This document shows, piece after piece, positions 10,166 to 21,643 of a stretch of 64,000 nt of DNA (the first letter of the stretch is position 1; every line of letters starts with the position of its first letter). Location of the stretch: contig NC_134469.1 in the NCBI RefSeq assembly GCF_964194025.1, positions 43,462,001 to 43,526,000 on the forward strand, in the 5' to 3' direction. A program made the translations under genes and the position numbers. The notes beneath the pieces were generated by a model that did not search any database, was not told where the DNA came from, and was given only the letters and a program-made list of their open reading frames with translations. This DNA comes from Convolutriloba macropyga (taxonomy: Eukaryota).

Positions 10166-10534
10166 GTAAGTGATAAAGTTATTTTACTCGGAGACCATTT
10201 TTGTTGAGTCAAACGTAAGACAATTGCATAAACAATCCAATGTTAAATCAAACGTCTGACAATTGCAAAACAATTAAATGTTGAATCAAACGTTTAACAA
10301 TTGCATAAACAATATAATGTTGAGTCAAACGTTTAACAATTGCATAATAAACACTCCAATGCATAACCAATTTATTGTTTACTAAAACGTCTGACAATTG
10401 CACAATAAACAATCCAATGTTGAGTCAAACGTCTGACAATTGCATAAACACTCCAATGTTGAGTCGAACGTCTGACAATGTTGGGCAATAAATTACAATG
10501 TATTTCGGTTGAGTTATATTTTTGTTTGTTTTAG
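10166..10534 (+). other. Phase-2 spliceosomal intron (369 nt) made largely of ~39-bp tandem repeats
   Basis: GTAAGT donor and TTTTTGTTTGTTTTAG acceptor. Splicing gives GC|T (Ala) and joins the two ORFs in frame. Unit AATGTTGAGTCAAACGTCTGACAATTGCATAAACAATCC occurs about 7 times. Confidence 0.85.
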
Positions 10535-12146
10535 TTCACTTCCAGACAATCTAAGAGCCAAATTGAAGTCCTCAGTAATTGCGAGGACCAGCGATTTAGA
10601 AATTGCCCGCAGGTTCACTGAGCACCAAAAACAGTTGGCAAAATGTGCGGGCAATGAATATTGCAACGAGGACAGATCAGGCTTAATTCAGTTGATGGCT
10701 GTATTGTATGGGGAAACACAAGGTCTGAGGCGACCACAGCAACTATTACAAGCTTGCCTCCAGTTGCAAGAGCGAAGAGGATTGAAGCCTCAAACGATGC
10801 TAAACTATCTCGCAACTTTCAGCAACTTCGTTGATTACTGTTTTTTGTATTCAGACGGTGTCTCCAACAGGATGGAACGAGAGCACTCAACGATGTTGGC
10901 GGCAATTAAAAGTGTAAGGAAAGCGTTCTCCACTGCAGCTATTAAGAACTATCGTACCACAGCCAAACAATTGCGAGCCCGGGTCCCGTCGATTGCTCTG
11001 GTACGAAATCGTCACAAGCTGGCCTTGAGTCATCTAAAGGACAACTTAGCAACATCTACCTTAACGTACAAGCAACAACAGGCCCTAAATTTCTTTGTGC
11101 TACAAGGTAGACTTAATGTACGGTCTGGACCCTTACTGGCACTCACTTGGGAGGACGTCAAGTACATTGAAGAAAACAGCGTTCTGGAAACTGATAGGCA
11201 CAAGACGGGAAAGTTTTATACGCTGTATTTGAAAATAAAGGCCGATCAAATACCGCTGCTTTACAAGTTAAAGGAGACATTTGCCGACGAGAATGATTCA
11301 ATGGAGTCGAAGTATGTCTTCAGCTCGAAGCAGAACAAAATTGAGCGGTCCATTTCAAAACACATTCAGGAAACTTTCTTTACTCTATTCGGCGATGACC
11401 CAAACGAAGTGCGATTTAACGCCAACTCCATCAGAAAGTATTGGGAACGCCGATGGAAAAGTTTCATTGGCAAGGTTCCAGAAGGGGTGACAAAAGCGCA
11501 TTTGGCACAAACGGCTCACAACAAGACAACAGCTGAGGATATCTACATTGGTAGAGAGGGAACCTCAGAGGACCGCGACCAGCTGTTGTCGATATATTGT
11601 GACGATTTGTCGTCAGATATCCCACCGGAAGAAGCCGAAGAAGCAGAAGTAGACGACAAAGAGTCTGATGTAGAGTCTGACTTTGAAGCGCCCGAAGAGC
11701 CACATCCCATTGATCCACAGACGCCAATGGAGAAGCCTATATGTTCGGAACCAATCGTACGGCGATTCAATGCAATTAGGCCGTCAGTTAACCTAACCCC
11801 AATTAACCCGGTTACTCCAACAGAACAACCTGCTGCAAACGTGACTCGGGAACAAACGGTTACTGCAGACGCTCGACGGAGGTCAACTATAGGTCAGAGT
11901 AGTGAAGACGTTCTCCGAGAGAAGTTTATAAAGTCTTTGAAATCATTCCGCGTCAAATCGGGAGCCCCCGCGTGGACTGACCCCGAAAAGAAAGCATGCT
12001 TGCTGTTTTCCGGAGTCAGTTCCACAGTTTCAGTTCCCGACATCAAGGCACGATGTGAGGAAGCTGGAATTAGATTATCGAACGATGCGCATTTGCGGAT
12101 ATACACAAAACTAAAGTCTGCTGTTCAAGTATTCAAACATAGATAA
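10535..12146 (+). CDS. Exon 2 of SET-ZnF-tyrosine recombinase fusion: core-binding and catalytic YR domains, acidic stretch, C-terminal Myb/SANT-like helix region
   Basis: LKPQTMLNYLATFSNFVDY (core-binding helix); NVRSGPLLALTWEDV (Arg, 11121); HKT (Lys, 11202); YVF; NSIRK (HxxR position, Arg 11433); AHNKTTAEDIY (His 11517, Tyr 11544); WTDPEKKA...IYTKLKS tail. Confidence 0.85.
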
Positions 12147-12171
12147 ATTTTTTATTGTTTTAGCCATTATA

Positions 12172-12290
12172 TTTGTTTAACCTTGTTTAACCTAGTTTAA
12201 TTGTTTAACCTTGTAACTTAACATGTTTAACCTTGTAATCATAACTTAATGTTTAACCTTGTAATTGTTTAACGTTATTTAATTGTTCAA
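12172..12290. repeat. Short TGTTTAACCT repeats in the 3' region of the SET-YR gene
   Basis: About 7 degenerate copies. Confidence 0.85.
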
Positions 12291-12697
12291 TCATAACTTA
12301 CCTAAAGTACCTGTCTTTTCTACCAAGAGTACTATGTTTAATCAGTCGTCCGACGATTTTAGTAGTGAAAAATAGACCAAACGTCCGACGCAATGTTTGT
12401 TTGTCTGTAAAATTTGAGAAAAAAGTCTGTAAAATTTGAGAAAAAGTTAATTTTTTTAAAAAATAGTCTGTAACTACTGTAAAAAATTTGGTAGTAAAAA
12501 ACGTATTCTCAATACCAATTTGAAAAATATTGTAAAAATTTAGTAGTAAAAAACTTAATCTCAATATCATATTAAAAAAATTGATCTGAAATGCCAATTT
12601 GAAACCCTTACAACCACCCTTACTACTTTTTTAAATTGGCATTTCAACAAAAATGTTGTTTCAAATTGGTATGAGCTTTACACTTTTCGCTTCAAAT

Positions 12698-12989
12698 NNN
12701 NNNNNNNNNNNNNNNNNNNNNNNNNNNNNNNNNNNNNNNNNNNNNNNNNNNNNNNNNNNNNNNNNNNNNNNNNNNNNNNNNNNNNNNNNNNNNNNNNNNN
12801 NNNNNNNNNNNNNNNNNNNNNNNNNNNNNNNNNNNNNNNNNNNNNNNNNNNNNNNNNNNNNNNNNNNNNNNNNNNNNNNNNNNNNNNNNNNNNNNNNNNN
12901 NNNNNNNNNNNNNNNNNNNNNNNNNNNNNNNNNNNNNNNNNNNNNNNNNNNNNNNNNNNNNNNNNNNNNNNNNNNNNNNNNNNNNNNNN
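12698..12989. other. Assembly gap
   Basis: Run of N. Confidence 1.
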
Positions 12990-14830
12990 TAGTAGTACAT
13001 AGGCTTTAGGACCAGAGTAGGGGTGAAAATTCACCCTTCGGTTTTCAGCTGGCACAATTTTCTCGGCAGGTTTACAGGAGCCACAGAGACAGAGAATTCG
13101 CCAGGTACAGGGTTCAATCTTAGCTCCTATCGAAGCATTCGTGATACATCTTTGTCAGTCTTGATTTTTAAAACTCATTCTCAGGTATGTGCTTGTTTAA
13201 GATGTTCATAGGTCGCACAGTCCTTGTCCAAAAAATGTATCGGTCTTCTTCAAACTGTTAAAAAGAAATTTGAAATTTTTGTTTTGCCGCTTTTCTTTTT
13301 GGCTTTTCGTTTTGGCTTGGCACATTGCCTTGAAGAATAGAACATTGTGTGATTTGAGACACAACGATACAGACAGTACATTGAGTTATAGTTTTCGCTG
13401 TTCGTAGTCAGCTTCTTTTCCGCATATCCATGCAGTGACTTTGCCTTCACTCTTTCAAGCCATTTCAGGTCAGTTTTTGATGCGTTCCAGACCTGGGAAG
13501 CGTAGGTTTGAACACGCACTACGTAACCAACGTACGCATTCAGTTTTGTGACGGGATTGGCTTTGTGTAAACAGTTTCTTTTCAGGAACCAGAAGGATCG
13601 CCAGGCCTTGGCTGTTCTTTGAGAGAATTTATCACTCCAGGAGAAATTTCTAGATATGATTTCCCCAAGGTCCATTTGCTGCAGCACCACTTCGAGTGAA
13701 TAGCCGGATTTGCATGATGCGCTTCCTTGCGGACAAAGTTTTTTGCTTTTCTAGACGTTTATGGACATATGGTTGTCTTCACACCAGGCTCGAATCTTTT
13801 CAACAACCCAATTTGCGTTAGTTTTGCTCTTCATCATCACTTTGAAGTCGTCAGCATAGCCATACGATGAATAAATATCAACGGCTCTGAGAAGGTCGTT
13901 AGCGCAGGCAAGGAAGAGGAGAGGCCCTTGGATAGACCCTTGGGGAACACCACTGGTCACATCCCTAAAACTTGACCTGGCATTGTTTACCTTGTCACAT
14001 TGTTTACGTTCTCTGAGGTAGCTGCTTAAAAGATTGAGCAGTTTTCGACCAATGCTGAAGTTTGGTAGCTTTTCGAGTAGCTTTTCAGAGGCAACTAGGT
14101 CAAAAGCTTTTTTTAAGTCCACGTAGAGGGCATATAATTGTTCACTCTTTGCCGAGTTGCAGAGTTCATTCACTTCTTTTAGGTAGAGAAGGAACTGCAG
14201 AACTGCCGAACCTTTGTGGCGGAAACCAAATTGTATTTTATCAAGCTGTGCTTCAATGATTGGATACAAGTGCTGGAAAACGAATTTTTCAGAAATTTTG
14301 GACACGTTTGTGAGCAGGCTAATCGGCCTGTACAGACTTATATCGGCTTTGTTATTCTCATTATAGATGGGTGTCACTTCGCTGAATATCCATTGGGATG
14401 GGAAGGATCCTTTGTTGATGCAGGTTTGAAAGACAAGGAGAAGCGATTTTGAGAGCTTCGAGAGGTTTTTCAGGACGGTGTTACTAATGTTATCTGATCC
14501 ACAAGCTTTGTTTGCATCCAGTTTTGAAAGCGCAACCTTGATTTCATCCTCCGAGAGTTTGGTGAAAATATTTTCTGTTTTCTCGTAAACTTGGTCAGTA
14601 GACAATTGACCTTCCACGTTGAAAACATTTGAAAAGAAATTATTGAATAGTTCACTTTTTTCCAGATCGTCAGATGTGCGGGCGATTTTGATTTGGTTAT
14701 GATCATCAATGATTGCGATATACATATCTTTGCTTTTGTGTAGTGACTTGAGATATTTTTGTAGATCTGACATTCGCCTGCTGCGAAATATTTTTTCTTC
14801 AAAACTGTTTTGGTCGTTCTCAATCTCATT
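12990..14830 (-). mobile_element. 5'-truncated, decayed CR1/L2-group LINE (RT ORFs 13751-14773 and 13250-13690) with (TAC)n tail running into the gap
   Basis: YRPISLL, QFGFR, DLKKAFD, GVPQGS and YADD motifs; frameshifts and stops; 3' UTR hairpin GGGTGAA-AA-TTCACCC at ~13021. Confidence 0.92.
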
Positions 14831-16899
14831 CTTCAGTGCTGTTTCTTTCCGTTTAATTTTTAACAGAAGATGATTTCTGTCTGAACTTTATGACGCTCAA
14901 CCAACTGCTTCCACCAATACAAGGAGTTTAATTTTTTAATAACACATCATTTAGTTCTGTGCAAGAGCGTTTTACACGCAGATTTTATCCAAAAACCTGA
15001 AATCTAAATACAATATGAGTGTTTGAAATCCCGCCAACTTGCGCATTCTCTAAAAAACGAGTTTTCATCTGCAAATAAAAAACTGTATTGTTTTGTTCTA
15101 ATAAAGAATAATTCTTTAACTGCTCTTTTATTACTGGCTAACACCATGCTTCGTGCTCACTGAATTTTTTCATGTAAACTTCTTTCCTTTTCAGGGACTT
15201 TTTGTTAGGGTGTTCAATTCAAACACTTAGGAATAGTATACTTATTGGATTTTAACTTAAACTTATTGCATAGATGATCTTTATGAAAGGCAATGAACCA
15301 CTTAGTTGGAGCTAGCTGTTAGAAATCAGAGCAAATAAAGTGAAAGATTGATCTTTTAAACCGAGTTAAGCAGGAAAAAACAATAAGATTGAATAGAGTC
15401 ATTTTACTGTTAATTTTTTCTCTAACGTTTTGACTAAGAAATACCTCTAAACAAAAACAAAATTTACAATTAGTCTACTGGAAAACTGTTACACACTATG
15501 GTAAGGGATTTGAAAATAATATTTGCAATTAATTGGCGAGACAAAAAGCGGAACAATCAATTAATTTCATTTGCATAATAAAAAATCAAATATTCGAATA
15601 ATTGCAGTTTTTGATCAATTAAGTTTGACTATCTATCAAAATATTTTTTCATAGATTTTAACACGATTATGCCTGGATTTACCCTAATAGTTGCACAAAA
15701 GATTACATTATGCGATGTCTTTGCTTTTTCTACTTGAAAAATTTTTAAGGCGAAAAGGATCTCAACAGCAAAAGTTGTCAAACTACATGTAATCTGTGAC
15801 TGAAAATAGTAATCGAGAACTCTTCCTTTATTTCCAGGTTTCGAATTTGGGAGAATATTGTTCCAATCATTGATCAGTTAATTGTGTGGTTCCAATCACT
15901 TATGGTAATTAAATTAGAGTCAACAATCAATTATTGCAACCAATTTTTTGCCAATTGATTATGGCCAAGAGAACAAATGCACTTAATCGTGATCTGCAGA
16001 TGTAAAACTTTTAATAAAATCAAATGATGAAAATAATCGGAACAGAAAAACAGGTGGTATTTACCTTCCAACTACACCACTGCTACCATTTCATTGGTTT
16101 TCCAACAGTTTGTTTCTGTTTTATTTTTTGTCAGCGTGTCTTTATGCAGATGTTTACTTTGAAAACGAAAGAATTCATTTTGTTTTTTTTTGTGATAAAC
16201 TTATTGTTGTGATAAACTTATTAAATAGAAATATTTGATAAGTTTATCACGTGTAATTTAAGAGTATTTTGAATTTCTATCTCTGAATGGTCTTGATTGT
16301 GGGCGCCAGCTGTTTACGAAACGCCATCAACGCTGCTCCTCTCTACCGGCTGCAGACGTTCCTGCGACGATTCTGTTTTGCAGTTCCTGGACTGAGCCTC
16401 AAAACCCTGGTCACGTAAGCCTCTTATCAGACTGCAATATCTTCTGCAAAAAGGTACGTTACTCAAAAATTTCATCATTGTTATCTGGCACGATAAAACT
16501 AACAATACCCTTACGAAACATCCTTCAAACAATGATCGGGCTTGTCGCATTGACAATTTGTTGAATCTCATCGAACAATTCAAACCTCGACTAGCTGCTA
16601 TTGTTTACACCGCGAGATCCTCGGCTCCTAACATACTGGAGCAATTTAGGACTTCTCAATTAGTGACCATCGACATCAGGAAACGTTTGCTTTCCACTCA
16701 AAACGGAGAGATGTTCCTACTGTTGAAGACATTCTTCGTGCCCATCCACCAGCTTACTTGGAATTGAAATTTTTTTCAGTCGTCCTAAATAACTCGAAAG
16801 ACCTTCGTTGTTTAGCCCAGAGGAAGCGTGGTTATCGAAAACGCCCAACTTCCGAGAAAAGAAAGAAATCACAAGTAGAAAGTCAACTAATAAAGACTT

Positions 16900-19800
16900 C
16901 AGGTTAATTCATTGTTTTGTTCTTTGTTGGGGTTTCTGCTTCCTTGAGACTTAAGAGTTTCGAGGGCAAGGAGATCTCGACTTCGGGACTTGACTTTGAA
17001 ATGTCTCTGAGGTCCAACTCCATTAGGGACCCATGCGGTCATTGCGCACTGCAGGTCAAAGATGATGGACATGGAGCTCTACAATGCCATAGGTGTGACT
17101 TCTGGATCCACCTAAAATGTACTTCTGTTCCAGGGGCCCTGTTAACTCACTTGAAAAAAGTTCAAGGATTGGTTTGGCTTTGTGAGTCTTGTGAATCTCC
17201 AGCTAAAGAAGCACTCTTCGTGTCATCTCCCAAAGTTGACGAAGTCCGGAAACTTCGTGAAAAAGTTGACGAGCTGAAAAAGAATTTCGTATCCGTTAAT
17301 GAGGTCAAACGTGATATGACGGAGATAAAGTCCTTGGTCAATTCGTCTTCATCGGAGGTCAATAACATCAAAATTGAACTGTCGAAACCCAAGCCTCGCC
17401 CAACTGAACCGACTGCGGTGACAGCAAAACTTCTCGCAAACTCGATTTTGGGCCGCTCAATACTGGTATTACTCAATACCAGTAGTAGTACTTTCCAAAG
17501 TCAATGGGACAAACGGATGGCCCTGTCAAAGTCTTATATGCTGAAGAACACCGAGTTCTTTCTGAAACCAATGCTAACTCCGGAAAACGAGCCCTGGAGA
17601 AACAACTGCTCAATTTGTGTTTCAAGCGATCAATTCTAGGCATCCCAAACACAAGATGAAAACTTTGAACTTGAAACTTTGTCATGGGAACGCTGTTTTG
17701 GACCACTCCAAAGCCCCATATGTTCTAGCAAAGCAAATTAAAGATAATTGACTAGCTGATGACTTTTACGTTTCTTTTCTTCTTCTGAGCTGTCGAGGAA
17801 TGCTCTCGCTAGAAAAACGAGCTGTCCTCGCAGTCCTCCTGCATAAACACCAACCACAATTGGCTTTTCTCACCGAGACACGGCTAGATACCACGCTTGA
17901 AAACAGTGAATTGTCAGCTGGGGGATCGTTTTCAGTTTCTGGAAGACAACACCACATGCAGGGTTGACATGGCGGGACTCTGATTTTGCAGAACACTTCC
18001 AACATATTATGTGCAGAGTTCTTTGGCAATCCTGTAATAAGCAACGTCGACTTTTGTACTTCAGCCTTGATCAAATTTGACGATCGTCTTGTCTTCTTTA
18101 GTTTGGTCTACCTGCCCCCACAATTAGTCAATATGAGGTCACCGGTACTTCCTATACACCCTATCCGATGTTTTCCGGTACATCGAAACTCGGTTCTTGG
18201 ATTGACGTTGCAAATGCTTTCAATGATTTATTTGCTTCGAACTTCAACACTAAATTGTACCTAACAAGGACATCAGATGACAGCCAAAGTCTTATTTTCT
18301 TCATTGATTTCTGTGGTTCATTTAGCAACTCCGATATTCTTCAACTAATTTTAACCAGCACCGCTTGCACTTATGAGACCCATGATGACTTCCCGAATGG
18401 ACTATTGAAGAAATGCTCTGCTCTTTTTGCAACATTTTTCCGGATCGTCTTCAATTGCGTAATCCTGAACTGCCAATTCCCCGAATAATGGAAGTCTTCA
18501 TTTATTAAACCTATTCACAAAGGAGCTTGCCGGAACGACATCACCAATTACCGTCCAATTACCGTCAATTAGTCTGCTGCTGAAGATCTCCTTGATATTC
18601 GAAAAGTTACTCGACAAGTTTCTTATTGATCTACTCAAGAATAAAATTTATCCGAGACAATATGGTTTCCAGTCTATGAAATCTACGATTTGTCAGCTTC
18701 TAGAATACGTCAACTACCTCTATCTCAACAAGGGAGACATACCATTCTCAATATTCTTCGATTACGAGAAAGCCTACGATCGTGTGCCGCATTCCGTTCT
18801 CCTAGTGAAACTCCGAAAAATTGGTCTGCACTCGAATTTTGTTTCCTTCTTTGAAAGTTAACTTGTTACCTTGTCAGAAGATTTTAAGCAGTACGAATCA
18901 ACGGGTTTTCATTGATGCACACAAGAGTATTGGGTGGCGCACCCCAGAGTTCAGTATTTGGGCCCCTGCTATTCTTGATTTTTACCAACAACCTGTCGTG
19001 TATTCTTCTGGACAGTATTATGTGCTTATTTGCTGATGACGCGAAACTAGTTTTCAACTCATTGAATTTCAATGATGATTTTGTACGTTTCTGCAATTGA
19101 TATCGAGCAAACGGGATTTTAGTCAACAGGAAAAAGAGCCAATGTATTTCTTTTGGGACTGTCGAGCTCATGTTAGAGTACGCCAATATCACAATTCCAC
19201 AACAAGAGTGCGCGAAGGATCTCGGAGTTTATGTCAACAGAATGTTAAAATGGAGCACGCATGTAAAGTCACCAACAGCCGAAGAGCTTTCTACAAGTTT
19301 AAAAATACTATACCTTGGAGCACTTTATCACATATCAAGTAAAAGCTCTACGTCGCCTATGTTGTTCCAATACTCCTCTATGGTTCCAATACTCCTCTTT
19401 ATCCACAAAAAGTGCTTGAAGTGGGTTTATGGGAGTTCTAGGAACTACTTGGACACTGTTCTCACGCATAAAATCCTACCGATGGCCTTTCGAATCCAAG
19501 TTGATGACTGCCGACTGTTCATTCTCTTGAACCAGGGGAAGCTACTGAGGGACTGTGATAATGTTGAAGTGTTATCTCTCGGTGTGACGAGAAGACGGAG
19601 AAACAAGTTCAAAGTCTCAAGCGTAAAGTAGCCCCCGGATTTTTCTACTAACGGTCCTTCAACATGATCAACTTTTTCTATCGTCATGGGATAATCGATG
19701 ATGATTACTTCAAGATCAACAAGATTGTTGAACATCTTGAATCCATCATCCCATGTTTCAATCCCTGTTTTCGATGCTCATGGTTTGTTTGTTGTAATTG

Positions 19801-19910
19801 CCCTACTTGTACGAGCTTTGTAAATGTTAAATAGTAGAAATGAATTTCATTGGTTTTTAGATATTGGCCCTTAATCGGGAATTAGTCTTTCCCTCTCTCT
19901 CTCTCAAAAA
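16900..19910 (+). mobile_element. Near full-length decayed CR1-group LINE: ORF1 with PHD finger (ATG 17001) and ORF2 endonuclease-RT in pieces
   Basis: CGHC...QCHRCDFWIHLKC...WLCESC PHD finger; LTETRL and HGGTLI endonuclease relics; QYGF, DYEKAYD, GAPQSS, FADD; terminal CSWFVCCNCPTC. Confidence 0.9.
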
Positions 19911-21444
19911 AACGCAAGATCAGTCAAACTTGTTTGAAACGCTCAAGATTTATCATTATGAACACTTTTCCAATTATGATAACCAATTTGTTATGATAAA
20001 ATTTTTAATTAGATATGATACTTTGTGATGTTCCGGCACAGTTGGGATAAAAATTTATCACTTAACCATTTTTCTTCTGTCTGAGAGTCAACTAAGGCAA
20101 ATCGCTTTGATCCTGGGACCGTTTGATTTTTGCCTTCAAGGCAATAGCAGGTTCAGTCGTTTTTTGTGAGTTCTACCCTTTACTTCCTGTTTTCTTAAGT
20201 TTTTTCTTTTCTACCTTTTAAATTTGCCGCTGTTTTCTGACAACACAATGCACAGGTCACTTCAGCTCAGGCACTTTCATTTTTTTCCTTTCCAATACCA
20301 AACTTCAAAACTATGGCTCTAAAACTAGAGAAAGTTTCGCAACGCAGAGAACTCCTAGAAACCTTTACAACTCTTCAAAAAGATAATGTGATTATTGTAA
20401 CATTTTATTTTGTGAATGGTTTGAGTATACAGAATGCAAGTATATTAAGGTGTTTGGCAAGTCGAGTCCTAACACTCAGATAACACCCAAATTTGACAAA
20501 ATTGTTAAATGTTTCAAAGCGCGTTTCCTCATGCGTTTTCCTACAAATGCAAGGTTCCAAATTGTCTCGGAAAAAATTGACAAGATCAAATTGAAAGACC
20601 ATTGTATCTTATATGTCTTTCCTAAGCTAACCTATGTGGGCTGAAAGGAAAACGAATAACCTGAGTTCAGTGCTAAATCAGGGGATTAGAGCTAACAATA
20701 CCCCAATGCTGACTGGAGACAATTTCATTTCGATAAGAAAATCAATGAAATTGAAAAGAAAACTTACTATATTAGTTTCACCTAAGCTTCATGTGGCAAG
20801 TTTAATGACAATTTTACCCCAAACAATGCACGCAATTGTGAGAAGCTATTAAAAACAACGCTCAAATTGGTACAATCTAAACGGTCCTTCATTTTTTTCA
20901 GAGCCTTTTATCTCAAGCAATCACAATTTTCAAAGCATAATGACTTTAATTGCCAATAGCTCTGGAGCCGAACCAAACGTTCGTGCCCCTCTGGTGCTCA
21001 AAGATTTCGTCTGTAAATAAAACGGATTTGCATGTTTAAAGTTTTTGAGACGCTTAAGGAAACTAGTAAAACTGATTGCAGTTAACAAGGTATCTGAACA
21101 GTGAAAACCTTTCATTTCGGATCAACTGATTCCGCTACCTAAAATTGACGGCGGGTTTCGCCAGTATCTGTTGGAAATGCATTACGCTGATTGTTTAAAT
21201 ATGGGGGTATATTGTCGTTCTTACTTTTTTGAAATGTTGTGTAAAAGTTTTTGAAGCACGTGAGATGTATTTCGATGATAAACTATTTGGATTTGGAATT
21301 TGAGAGGGCTAAGAGAATGCCACACATTTTTAAGAAGCTTCCATTACCCCCTCCAAAACTACAGTTCAACTTAAGATATATTTGTAGATGCCTTCAACAC
21401 ATTAAATAGGGAACCAATGTTGAATTCTGTACGCAACTTCAGAG

Positions 21445-21643
21445 NNNNNNNNNNNNNNNNNNNNNNNNNNNNNNNNNNNNNNNNNNNNNNNNNNNNNNNN
21501 NNNNNNNNNNNNNNNNNNNNNNNNNNNNNNNNNNNNNNNNNNNNNNNNNNNNNNNNNNNNNNNNNNNNNNNNNNNNNNNNNNNNNNNNNNNNNNNNNNNN
21601 NNNNNNNNNNNNNNNNNNNNNNNNNNNNNNNNNNNNNNNNNNN
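21445..21643. other. Assembly gap
   Basis: Run of N. Confidence 1.

Larger units (their letters stand above)
3472..12697 (+). mobile_element. Putative tyrosine-recombinase (Crypton-like) DNA element encoding a SET-ZnF-YR fusion; termini unresolved, probably at or in the flanking gaps
   Basis: Intact YR gene, shared TRCCAAWWTGAAA motifs at both contig ends, an element-wide dyad motif and many short tandem repeats, unlike the flanking DNA. Boundaries are inferred. Confidence 0.5.

Noticed and set aside
8730-10169. Ordinary host Suv4-20 (KMT5B/C) gene
   Set aside because: It is divergent, has a shortened N-domain and is fused to a recombinase, so no gene symbol is assigned. It cannot be fully excluded without seeing the rest of the genome.
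8739-12106. Antisense or alternate-frame ORFs overlapping the SET-YR gene (e.g. 9487-9891, 9595-9927)
   Set aside because: Shadows of the coding repeat and codon structure; no independent motifs.
10509-12146. Bacterial or phage integrase from contamination
   Set aside because: It is joined by a spliceosomal intron to a eukaryotic SET domain; the track ORF starts at a TTG inside the intron's polypyrimidine region; there is no operon-like context.
4985-12146. DIRS/Ngaro retrotransposon
   Set aside because: No RT, RNase H or gag on the YR strand; the nearby retro fragment is a gypsy DDE-integrase relic in the opposite orientation.
14867-15905. Possible small plus-strand exons (~14868-14930, 15473-15499, 15839-15905)
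   Set aside because: Splice-like signals exist, but there is no recognisable protein and no consistent model.
20060-21010. Possible decayed minus-strand gene with a SAP-like MKVPELK motif
   Set aside because: Multiple stops and frameshifts; too little similarity to support a call.
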